This document shows, piece by piece, positions 41,701 to 54,700 of a DNA stretch of 64,000 nucleotides (positions are counted from its first letter, which is position 1; the number at the start of each line of letters is the position of its first letter). The notes under the pieces are model-generated. The model ran no database searches. It was not told the origin of the DNA and saw only the letters and a list, made by a program, of their open reading frames with translations. The stretch covers positions 304,916,001-304,980,000 of the forward strand of contig OZ024743.1 of the NCBI GenBank assembly GCA_964016885.1, given 5' to 3'. This DNA is from Eledone cirrhosa. Taxonomy: Eukaryota. A program made the position numbers and the translations under genes.

Positions 41701-44700
41701 ATAGAATACTCCCAATACATGTAAATTAGTAGGGTTGGTGTCATGATAAAATACTCACGATACATGCTATAAAGTGGTAGTGTTGGTGTCATGATAAAAT
41801 ACACACAATACATGCTATAACGTGGTAGTGTTGGGGTCATGATAAAATACTCATGATACATGCTATAAAGTGGTAGTGTTGGTCTCATGATAAAATATAC
41901 CCAATACATGCTGTAAAGTGGTAGTTTTGGTGCCATGATAAAATATACCCAAATCATGCTATAAAGTGGTAGTTTTGGTGTCATGATAAAATATACCCAA
42001 TACATGCTATAAAGTGGTAGAATTGGTGTCATGATAAAATATACCCAATACACGCTATAAAGTGGTAGATTTGGTGTCATGATAAAATACTCCTAATACA
42101 TGTTGTAAAGTGGTAGTGTTGGTATCATGATAAAATACTCCCAATACACGCTGTAAAGTGGTAGTGTTGGTGTCATGATAAAATACTCCCAATACATGCT
42201 ATAAAGTGGTAGAGTTGGTGTCATGATAAAATACTCCCAATACATGCTATAAGCGGTAGTGTTGGTGTCATGATAAAATACACCCAATACATGCTATAAA
42301 GTGGTAGTGTTCGTGTCATAATAAAATACTCCCAATACATGCTATAAAGTGGTAGTGTTGGTATCATGATAAGATACTATCAATATACGCTATGAAGTGG
42401 TAGTGTTGGTGTCATGATAAAATACACCCAATATATGCTATAAAGTGCTAGTGTTGGTGTCATGATAAAATACCCCCAATACATGCTGTAAAGTGGTAGT
42501 GTTGGTGTCATGATAAAATATACCCAATACATGCTATAAAGTTGTAGTGTTTGTGTCATGATAAAATACAGCCAATACATGCTATAAAGTGGTCGTGTTG
42601 GTGTCATGATAAAATACTGACAATACATGCTATAAAGTTGTAGTGTTGGTATCATGATAAAATAAATACTCTCATTATATGCTATAAAGTGGTAGTGTTG
42701 GAGTCATGATAAAATACTCCCAAAACACGCTATAAAGTGGTAGTGTTGGTGTCATGATAAAATATACCCAATACATGCTATAAAGTGGTTATGTTGGTGT
42801 CATGACAAATTACTCCCAATACAAGCTGTAAAGTGGTAGTGTTGGTGCCATGATAAAATATACCCAATACATGCTGTAAAGTGGTAGTTTAGTGTCATGA
42901 TAAAATACACCCAATACATGCTATAAAGTGGTAGTGTTGGTATCATGATAAAATACTCCCAATACACGCTGTAAAGTGGTAGTGTTGGTGTCATCATAGA
43001 ATACTCCCAATACACGCTGTAAAGTGGTAGTGTTGGTGTCATGATAAAATACACCCAATACATGCTATGAAGTGGTAGTGTTGGTGTCATGATAAAATAC
43101 TCCCAATACACGCTGTAAAGTGGTAGTGTTGTTGTCATGATAAAATATACCCAATACATGCTGTAAAGTGGTAGTTTGGTGTCATGATAAAATACACCCA
43201 ATACATGCTATAAAGTGGTAGAGTTCGTGTCATGATAAAATACTCCCAATACATGCTATAAAGTGGTAGTGTTGGTGTCATGATAAAATACTCCCAATAC
43301 ATGCTATAAAGTGGTAGTGTTGGTATCATGATAAAATAGTCCCATTATATGCTATAAAGTGGTAGTGTTGGTGTCATGATAAAATACTCCCAATACACGC
43401 TGTAAAGTGGTAGTGTTGGTGTCATGATAAAATACTCCCAATACATGCTATGAAGTGGTAGTGTTGGTGTCATGATAAAATACTCCCAATACACGCTGTA
43501 AAGTGGTAGTGTTGTTGTCATGATAAAATATACCCAATACATGCTGTAAAGTGGTAGTTTGGTGTCATGATAAAATACACCCAATACATGCTATAAAGTG
43601 GTAGAGTTCGTGTCATGATAAAATACTCCCAGTACATGTTATAAAGTGGTAGTGTGGGTGTCATGATAAAATACTCCCAATACATGCTAAAGTGGTAGTT
43701 TTGGTGTCATGACAAAATACTCCCAATACACGCTGTAAAGTGGTAGTGTTGGTGTCATGATAAAATATACCCAATACATGCTAGAAAGTGGTAGTGTTGG
43801 TATCATGATAAAATACTCCCAATACATGTTGTAAATTGGTAGAGTTGGTGTCATGATAAAATACTGACGATACATGCTATAAAGTGGTAGCGTTGGTGTC
43901 ATGATAAAATACTCCGAATATATATTGTAAAGTGGTAGATTTGCTGTCATGATAAAATATACCCAATACATGTTGTAAAGTGGTAGTTTTGTTGTCATGA
44001 TAAAATACTCTTAATACATGCTGTAAAGTGGTTATTTTTGTTGTCATGATAAAATACACCCAATCTGTGTGATAAAGTGGTAGTTTTGGTGTCATGATAA
44101 AATACTCCCAATACATGCTGTATAGTGTTAGTGTTGGTGTCATGATAAAATACACCCAGTCGATGCTGTACAGTGATAGTGTTTGTGTCATGATAAAACA
44201 CAACCAGTACACTTGGCAAAGTTTTGGTGTTGGTGTCATAATAAAATACATCCAGTACACTTGGTAAAGTGATTGCCAATAGGAAGGGCATCCATTCTTT
44301 GAAGCTATGTCAAAACGAAATGTATAAGCATAATGAACTCTCTGATCCCAAATGAGGGGTCCGGAATAAGCAGAGCAGTGGGGGGGATTAAGCGAAGGGT
44401 TTGGAAAATTGGTAATATTTCTTGGTTGTCACCATTGATTATTTTAAAAACGAGAATTAATCATTTAGTTTACATCTTGAGACTCCAACCCATCGTATCT
44501 ATTTTGTAACATATGGGATTTCTAGTAAAGTACCTTTTTTTTTGTCATGTATAATGATTTTTAATGTCCAAAGAAAATTAAATGTTTCCGGAATGCTCCC
44601 AGTTAAAATAAAATATTGCTGGAGATAGATTAGCACAATTCAATAAGGAGGGGTTGAACAAATCTGAGAAATTAATAAGCAGGGTGGGTTGGATGTTGGG

Positions 44701-47700
44701 AGATTATTCAAGCCCCATGTTTAGTCATCTGAGCTATCAAATCTTAGAATGTGACAACCTATCTAATCAATGTAAACATGTAAAAAGATGAGATGTAAAA
44801 ACTTTGATGATGATGATTATTATGTTTTCTTTTATTTTTTCACACCTTTAAGCTTGTGCTAATGGTGAAGTGATATGTCCCCCAAGTCGCAATGGAAACA
44901 GTTCTAGTAATGCTACATGCATTCAGAAAAAAAGTTTATGTGATGGACATTTTGACTGTGAAGGTGGCACCGATGAAGAAAATTGTGGTAAGCAGATAGA
45001 TTTCTTGTTTTTTGTTAGCTGAGGATATTCTCAAATTTAGAGAGCTGGTTATCTATACCTGCTATGATGGCTTCAGCCAATATATGAATTGAAAAGAAGT
45101 GTATGTTATGCTATGGTGTGTAGACAAAACAGTAAAATCCATGCTAGTGTAGAAAATGAATTTTTAAAATGGATGATGATGAGCTCACTTAAAACATTAT
45201 GTTTTATTGAATTATGTCGCATACCAACATTTATCTATATCAAATATGTTTATTTCCAACTTGATTTGTGCCAATGCATAAAACAAATTTCACAAATTTT
45301 GCCAATCATCATATTTAGTCTCATTCTCAGTTTGGTGATAAACCTTTTATAATGAAAATTTAGAAAATGTGAAACATTTTATTGCTTTTGAAGAGAAGGA
45401 TGTTAATAAACAATTAAGATGCATGAGAAGCAAAATTGCTTCAGCGGCAAATTGATATAGCTGGTTTGTCAACTATTACATGGCAAACAGAAGAGCTTTA
45501 ATTAGAAATTGTAGTAGGCAGGATGTTATTATAGTAGTTTAGCTATAGATCTGCCCTAATTGGGTAGATTTAGGATCAAATGTATTCCATCTTTTTTCTC
45601 ATGTGCAGGGCTACATTATCCAATATATCTTTTCTAAAACATTGAGAGAAATTTGACTGCAATTTCTATCAGATAAAACAACTATGCAGAGGTTTCTTTT
45701 ACAGTTACATTGGTAACATTTTCTTGAAAGATAAAATAACTTTAGCTGGAAAAGAATCTCTCCAGTTGCTAACTATTACATGGGTAATTCATTGGCTTTA
45801 TAGTTTTATAGTTTCAATAGCAAGTGCAGCTGCTGGGCTGCTATTTATTGAATGACAAAATTAATAGTTTTATAGCTTTAAATGGTAAGTGAATCAGCAA
45901 GGTTTCCTAATCATTGTATGGTAAACATACTAGTTTCAAGTGGAATACATAACAACTGGGTTACTGAGTAACAAAATAACAATAGTAGTGATATAAAACA
46001 GAGATAGATGGCCACCAGTCATGTTTTTTAAACTCATCCTGCTCTATGGCTCACGCCTTTGCTCTTTTTACATCATAAAGCGTAGGAGGCTTATATTTAT
46101 GGACATGTGAAATATCACAATGAACCTGTTGGCAGAGTTCTTTTTTGGAAACCTGATGTGTGCAGATGAGTTGGGAGACCAGCCACTATGCTGAAGGGTA
46201 TTCTTGAAGATGACATCAGGTTGGAAGCAGGAGAAATTCAGTCAGCAGTGCTGGACAGGCTGAGCTAGAGGAGTAAATTTGTCATCACACCAGAAACAAT
46301 GTGAAGAAAAAGAAGAAGGAGAATGAGGAGGTGGAGGCTACACATTTTTTTTGAGCATGTAGTCAATTATTTCTACTCTATTACTTGACAGGTAAAGTTA
46401 TTATATGTACTGAGAGGACAGTGAGAAAGTATTTATGCATCCTCCCACTTTTCTGAAATCTTTGAAATATAAGGACACATTACATAATGTAGTTTCAAAT
46501 TTACTATGTCTGAAAAATAACAGCATGGTAGCTGCTGGAAGGTTTTTGATCATAAGTCCCCTGGATAAAGCCTAATCTGGGGTCAAATAGCAACAGCAAC
46601 AAAATCAACATCTAACTGGGTATGTTGCTAGATGTATCTTGCCAGATTGTAAAAACTTCAATGTAAGCAATGAAGGTGATTTATATTTTGTGTAAATTTT
46701 TAAATTTCAGAAACATGTAATGATAAACAATGGCAATGCAACAATAAAGAAATGTGCATCAACAAAGATCTTCGTTGCGATGGTATGAAAGACTGTGAAG
46801 ATGGCTCTGATGAATTCCATTGTTGTAAGTAGGAAAGGTTTACACTATATACATATATAAAATAAATGGGTGTACGTGTGCATATATAACTATGTAGTAT
46901 GAATGTGAATATGTGTGCATATATATATGGTCTGTATATGCACATATAACTATGCAAATGTTAGTATGTATGCATACACCTAGTCTGTATGTGTATATAT
47001 AGCTATATAATATACTTGTAAGTGTATGTGTATATAACATGATCTGTATGTGAATATATAGCTTTGTTTCAGCTGACAAAAATTTTCTTGATCGGGAAAG
47101 CATGCAACAGATATTAGAGTAGATATCTACAAATTACAGAGGGTTGATTTGTAAAATTTCTACATTTGTGTCTTCCAATTATTATGTTCATATTAAACCT
47201 CCATGTCATTAGATGTTTTTTGTTAAATTGCATCATTCTTCACTCCCTCCACTATTATTCATCAATACCCATCACCATTTCTCTCACTATCAATTCTTAT
47301 TTACCATCTTGAACTTGTATAAATTATCTTACTACAAGTAGTGCTAGGATGTTTTGTTGTGATATTCTTTTGTCCATTTTTGACTGTACTTTAATTCTTC
47401 ATGAATCTAATCAGGATTCGGAAAGCATGGAGTAGGCCTTTTTCTTCCAAGAAAGGTTCAGTAAAATGTAATCACTAGCAATGTGTTTCATTACACTCCA
47501 CTTTATAACTTCCATCAAAGATTTTGTATACTTGGTGCATTTCAGTTTCATTTTTATCAGCACAAAAATTTCATTTCTCTGTTTATGATGATTTCATGCT
47601 ACTAAATATGATGATCGCAAATTGTACAACACAGCGTCAGTCTGTATAGTTTTCTTTTTTTTTGTGGGATTGATGTCTGTAGTGGTTTTTTTTGGTGATG

Positions 47701-50700
47701 ACCTTGATAGGGTGTGCTGTTAGATGCTATCTTTGGCCTTGAGTTTCACTTTGGTCTTATTAGAAATGCTGTAGCCCAGTAATTGAGGCAATTGATAACT
47801 TTATCTTGATATATCTTGATGCCTTGTATGGTTGTATTAGGAACAGAGGTGTAACTAGGGAAAATAGTGCCTATGGCAATCAGAGAAATTGCACCACTGT
47901 CCAAATATCAGACACCCATCTTTCACATAGCTATAAAATCAGCTCAAAAATATTAATTGTCTTCTACAAGTATGCTTTACACCTAAGTATATAATAATTA
48001 TTTGTAAAAGTGTTGCTGTATTTCAAGAGAGTGGTTTGTATAATACTGATCTTTGACAAATATTTAACCATATTAAAATATTTGAGAAGTCATACTATAA
48101 TGTATGTTAATGTGGTCATGTAGTTCCCAGTACTGTATTTTTACCTATCGGCCTAATAATTTATATAAATGGTTTAATGATCTAGACACTCTAGTGCTTT
48201 TCATCAATGTTAATCTAAAACAGATCATGCTTGCCATACCCTAGTTATGTCTCTAGTTGGAAGTATCATTTATACTATTCATAGCCTAAGCTATTTAATA
48301 TGAGTGTCTGAGGCTTGATATGTTCTATTTGGAGTGAATAGTTTTGTGAGCCTTTACTTTTCCTTCTTCTTGTTCTAATTCTTTGAATGAACACCTTTTA
48401 GTTTATAATGTACAATTTTTTTAATGTTTTGTTGTTTTTTTCTGTACTTCATTAACTGAAAATGGCTGACCTTAAATTCTTCTCTGTTCAAGAAATTTAT
48501 TAAACATTGTATTCCCTGAGTGTCTTATAACATCTGTTAGTGTCCAAGTGTCTTATAACGTCTGTTAGTGTCCAAACTTCCTCTGCAAAGGCAATATAAT
48601 GTTTAAATGCAACTGCTTGATTGTTTGTTGTTGACCAATCCATCAAGGAACGAAATTGTTTGTTCATCTTAATTTATGCTTTACACACATGTAAACAATG
48701 TGTCACTGAGAAAGAATGATGTAGTAGTTTAACAGTCAAAAACTTGCTGCAGATCAGCAAAGTAATCAAACATATTTGTTATTTTTTATGTGCTTAGGTT
48801 TTGGAGGTTTTCAAATATGTATTTACGTCTTTTTGTGTTGTTGTTTTGATAATCCTAGGCAATCCTTTTGGTGTTTAGAATGTTGTATTTTTATTGTTTT
48901 GTTGCTGATTGTATCAAAGTTAGGTTTTCCACTTGCCACCATGTTATATAATATAATGATAATCAAGACAATTGTATGTAACAAGTATTTCATTTATAGT
49001 ATGGAAGTAAATATTTATATGTATTGACAGATAAGTAAGCTGCATGTTAAATTATTTGCTGAATTCATTGCCAGCTCTCACTTTGGTCACTGTATCCCTG
49101 TACCTGTTTGCACAGATCACACAAGACGTAAATCTACACCAAGTTTTTGTCGAGATGTCCAGACTACTGAGTTAGTCATTGTAAACGACACCACCATGTA
49201 TTATCTGTTTGTCTATACAAGTGAATAACTTGAGCCACACTTCACTAGATATTGTCAACATATTGGTGACTATTCCTAATATTCTGGTAGCTTTCTCTCT
49301 CTTTATATCTTTAATGGACACTTTGATCATATAATTGTCGATTTCAATAGCTGGCTCAGCTATTGGATCTACATGGGCTGTCTCTTCTCCCTCCACATGT
49401 TTTATCCATATTCAGCAATCTCTCATAATATTTCTATGCCTTCCTCTTTTCAATGTCAGTGAGGCTTCTAGCTTCAGGACCACACAACATTGTGATCATA
49501 AGTCCCACACCTTTACCAGCACCACAGCCCTTTCTCCAGATTATAACTGGCTTTAGGTGTCCTTGTATTGCTGACTCTAATGCCACTAATCACTAAAAGA
49601 TATTAGGTAGACTTGGTCTTCATGACTAGCAGTGCATCACTAGTCTAACTGGTGAGTATGAAATCTTTCTGGCTGAGATGTTTGCCTGATTGGTAGGCGA
49701 CCAAGTGGACTGGTCAATTTCTTGAATTTGTTATCTTATTTGTATTACAGAATGCTAAGTACCTTGAACCTTTTTAGCCCTCAAGTTGATCCACACCCAC
49801 CATGTACTTTAGAGTAGACATGATGGGTAACATCCTGGTGCTGCCCATCATGTCCTTTAAAGCCACCAGCCATAATAATGAAGTTTGTGTTATTTGTTAT
49901 TGAGGCTTCTACCTTAAATGTCTTGAACTTGGAGACTCATCAAGCCAGTGCTTATCCTGGTTTCCATGGTGTGAAATGAAAGTACAAATTCTCCCCAGGA
50001 GAGGACACTAATTCATCGCAGGGTTAAACATCCAGCTATTACTGGTACTAATCATTTACAGATGAGTATGTTGGAGCAATGGGAAGTTGAGGTGGTTTGC
50101 AAGAGGTTTTCAAATAAATGGTCTTTTGCTCATTAGTCAGTCTTGATTGTTGCGTGTAGGCAGAGATAACAATTATCGTTGCATTACATATAATCAGTCT
50201 AAGCTTGATATTTCTATTATATGCCTTAACTACTTCAATTAATTCCACCTACCCTATCATTGTTACCTACATAAAAAGAGTTTCTACCTGTATTTTTGCT
50301 TGTAACGAATCTGTTTGAGGCTCCCTTTCTCTTCATCTCATGCAGACATCCCACATCTACTCATCATCATCATCATTTCATTTTACGTCCGCTTTTTTCC
50401 TGCTTGCAAGGGTGGGACGGTAACTGATTTTGGCTTGATTTCTACAGCTGGATGCCCTTCCTAACAACAACCTCATTTACAGTGAGTGATGGGTGCTTTT
50501 TTGCCGTGGCACCTGCACGACCAGTTTGCAGTGGAATGATAGGGACCCCAGTCCTTATCATCTCATTTCTACAGCTGAGTAAACTGGAGCAATGTGAAAT
50601 AAAGTGTCTTGCTCAAGGAAACAACACATGACCCGGCCTGAGAATTGAACTCACAACCTTTCGATTGCAAGGCCAATGCTCTAACCACTAAGCCATGTGC

Positions 50701-51679
50701 CTCCATAACTCATTTCTGTTAAAACAACTCTGCCAATTCTTCAGACATATCTTTCATTGTATCAATGAAAATGGCAAGAAGCCTGACATTTTTAACTGTC
50801 AAAAAAAGAGGATATCTGGTGATGGTCAATTGTTTTTTAAACTCTTATCTCTAGTAATCTAATTCATTTTTGTTTAATTTTTCAGTTACATACAAGAACA
50901 ATACAATTCAAGTGATGTTTAATGGCTCATATAATTATATTTGTCAAGAGAACTTGAACGATACGACAATTGAAAACCAGTTGTGTTCATATGTTGGAAG
51001 AAGGTAACAAAAGCTAAAAATATATTTTATTTTACCTTCCTATTAAATAAAAAACAATAAGATTATATTATTAAGAGAACTGTATAATGGCTGACATCTT
51101 TAATGCTTGCTATGATAATATACTATCAACTCATGACACTTTAGTGTCATGGGAGCAGTGTAGGAGGGAGCAGTGTACCCCCTCTCTCCTTTCATCTCTG
51201 CTGTGAGCTTGAACTTAGATCAATTCATGAGCATCCAATGTCAAGGGCGCAGTGAAGGGTGAAGCAATGTACCTCCTCTCTCCATTCATCTCTGCTGTGA
51301 GCCAAAAATTGGGTCAACTCATGACCCTCCAGTGTCATGGGAGAGTATAATGGGGAGCAATTTTACTTTTAGTTTTCAGCATGGTCAGCCATAACTCACT
51401 CGGTATACAGATGAGGCTACTCAACCAATGTGTACTTTAAAAAATATTATACATTTCAACCGTTCAACAGATTGGCAGAAGATTACAGTCCTGATGAAGG
51501 ATAATAACCAAGAAACATGTTGATTGTTCCTCAATTCCAGTGTTGAACAAATGGATGACAATTTGTCATCGGCACAGTACAGCTTTAATCAGGCTGTTTG
51601 TTTACTAATAAATCGAATATCATTATTAATGTTCATTATAATCCATATGTACATATGTATATGTATGTATGTGTATATG

Positions 51680-51745
<66 letters not shown>

Positions 51746-54700
51746 TATGTATATATATATATAATATATATATGTATGTATATGTATGTGTGTATGTATG
51801 CATACTTACACATATATGTGTGTCTTCTTGTCTCCCCACCGGTTCATTCATCCATATATATCTATAATCGCCCAGAATCCAAATCCTACTTCATAATTGC
51901 TATTCTATAATTCTGTCTCACTGTTCTAAATAATCTTCTCCTCGCTAACTACCCCATACCCCTCCCGCCCGCCCGCACTCTCCACCTTTATTATTTGGAC
52001 CAATCACAAGTCAACGGCCTATGCTATCACCTCTGGTTGCTTTTCGATATGATGGATGGACTAAGGAATTTCTGGAGAGTCTGAAGAATCTGGACACTCG
52101 AAAACAATGCCAAAGATATCAACAAATTCACCTCATGCTGCCGGACGAAAGGGCAAAGCCCCCTCTTCTTTGTTGCGGCCGCGGATGGCCAACATAACCC
52201 CAACCCCATCGCCCTCACCTCTCCCTGCGCCCCACCCACCAAACGCAATCCAAAACTTCAGAGTTGGTACCATGAATGTAGGCACCTTAAAAGGCCGCTC
52301 TAACGAGGTTGTAGAAATGCTTGAACGTAAGGAGGTTGATGTTTGCTGTATCCAAGAGACCAGGTGGAGGGGCGGGTCTGCTAGATTCATTGTGGGTAAA
52401 AAACGATGCTATAAGCTTTTCTGGGTGGGAAATGACAATGGGCTGGGTGGGGTAGGAATCATGTTAGCAGAAAAATGGGTGGATAAGATAATAGACGTAA
52501 ATAGAGTGAATGACAGAATAATTAAAATAAGACTTGTTCTAAATAGAACTACTGTGACAGTAATATCTGCGTACGCACCCCAATCCGGACTGCCTGGCCC
52601 TATAAAAGACAGATTCTATGAGACACTGATGCTCACTACCTCCCAAATAACCGACAGTGACTATATAATTATTGCTGGTGACCTAAATGGTCACGTCGGA
52701 CAACATTGTGACGGCTATGACGGAATCCACGGAGGCTATGGGTTTGGTACTAGAAATGAGGAAGGCTCCAGAATCCTGGAATTCTGTGACGCAAATAACC
52801 TAACTATCTGTAACACTAACTTCACAAAAAGAGACAATCACTTGATCACCTACAGATCAGGGGAACATACCAGCCAGGTAGATTATATCCTTACCAGAAG
52901 ACGTGACAGAGTGTCTGTTGTAAACACTAAATCCCTCCCCCATGAAGAATGCACATCCCAACATAGACTGATAATTAGCGACCTCATAGTCAGGATGAGA
53001 CGTACTCGACAGCAGAAGAGGACTATCCTCAGGAGAAAAATATGGAAGCTAAAGGACCCCACAGCCAGAAATAAATTTAAAAGCATATTATTTGATACTT
53101 TCGACAGTAAGGAAGAGCATTTAGAGTCGTACAATATAGAGGAACAGTGGGAATTCCTGAAAGCAAACCTGCTGATGGTGGCAGACGAAGTCTGTGGCTG
53201 GAGCGGGCCTATAGGCAGGAGGAGAGTAACATGGTGGTGGAACAGTAAGGTGGAGGTGACAATTAAGGCCAAAAAGCAGGCTTGGAAAGTATGGCAGGAT
53301 GGGGGAAGTAGAGAAGACTATCAAGTGGCCAGGAGGGAAGCTAGGAGACAAGTATACTTCGTAAGAAAGGAAGCAGAGGAAAGAAAGTTCAAGCATGTTC
53401 TACAACACGAGGACCAAAAACGTGCGGTGTTCAGGAGTGCTAGGCAATGTGTCAAGGAAAACCGTGATATTGTCGGGGAGAAGTGTGTACTTAATGATGA
53501 TGGTGTACTTGCCATCACTGACGCTGATAAGAAGGTAGCTTGGAAGTGTCACTATGAAAGGTTACTAAATGAGGAGAATAAATGGGAGAAAGACAGTCTC
53601 CCCCACATCGACCCAATAGAAGGACCAGCAGTGTTAGTCGAAGGTAGTATAATAAGTAAGGCAATCAAAGATATGAAGACGGGTAAGGCGGCTGGGCCTT
53701 CGGAAATAGTTGCTGAAATGCTGAAAGCTTCTGGAACGGTGGGACACACCATGGTCATCTGGATAGTAAACCAAGTCATACAGAATGGGGTTGTTCCAAA
53801 GGACTGGCGCAGCAGCAGCATCATTAACTGGTACAAAGGTAAAGGAGTTGCCCTAAATAGGAGTAACTATAGAGGCATTAAATTAATTAACCAGGTCATG
53901 AAGGTCACAGAAAAAGTAATAGCGCAACTAATCAGAGAGAGAATTGATCTAGATGAAATGCAGTTCGGGTTTGTGTCAGGGAAAATTAACACAGACGCTC
54001 TTTTCATTGTATGACAACTACAGGAGAAGTACCTAGCTAAAAGTAAATCCCTATACTTAGCTTTTTTCGACTTGGAGAAAGCCTTCGACAGAGTCCCCCG
54101 TTCCATTATCTGGTGGGCTCTTAGAAAACTAGGTGTTGATGAATGGCTTGTGAGAGCTATACAAGCCATGTATAAAGAAACAGTCAGCAAGGTTAGAATT
54201 AACAACGAATATAGTGAAGAGTTTAGCGTAAAATTTGGTGTTCATTAGGGCTCCGTTCTTAGCCCCCTACTATTTATTATTGCCCTTCAGGCTATAACAG
54301 TGGAGTTCAAGACCGGCTGCCCATGGGAACTCCTATACGCAGATGATCTAACGCTCAGAGCTGAATCAATGACCGAACTAGAGAAGAAATTCCAAACACG
54401 GAAGCATGGCCTAGAATCAAAAGGCCTTAAAATTAACCTGTCTAAGACTAAAGTTCTAGTTTGTAGGAAGGAAAATAGGGCGCCGGTCCCATCCGGGAAA
54501 TGGCCATGCTCAGTGTGTAGGAAAGGAATAGGTAGAAACTCCTTTTTATGTCCCAAATGCAAAGTATGGGTGCATAAAAGATGTGGTGGGATCACAGGTA
54601 AGCTAACTAAGAACATAGATTTTATATGTGGCCGGTGCTCTGGTGCAATAACTAGCAGCAAGTGCCCACAGAATAATAGCTCATACCATTGCACAGATGG

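Noticed and set aside
29985-44270. CRISPR-like appearance of the array
   Set aside because: Contiguous tandem units without unique spacers, no cas genes, eukaryotic intron
29904-44291. Dozens of minus-strand ORFs repeating [16 protein letters not shown] or [16 protein letters not shown] (up to 315 aa)
   Set aside because: They follow from a 48-bp unit (a multiple of 3) with no stop in two frames; stops and frameshifts are scattered and the DNA is retroposon-derived
44337-44735. Possible MITE interrupting the retroposon tail after the satellite
   Set aside because: Terminal inverted repeats are too degenerate to support by eye
50630-50707. Possible tRNA gene (A and B boxes)
   Set aside because: It continues into the CORE-like domain and RTE tail, so it is a SINE head
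51125-51360. Short diverged tandem duplication, also a 28-bp direct repeat at 48520-48575
   Set aside because: Ordinary local duplications with no further structure
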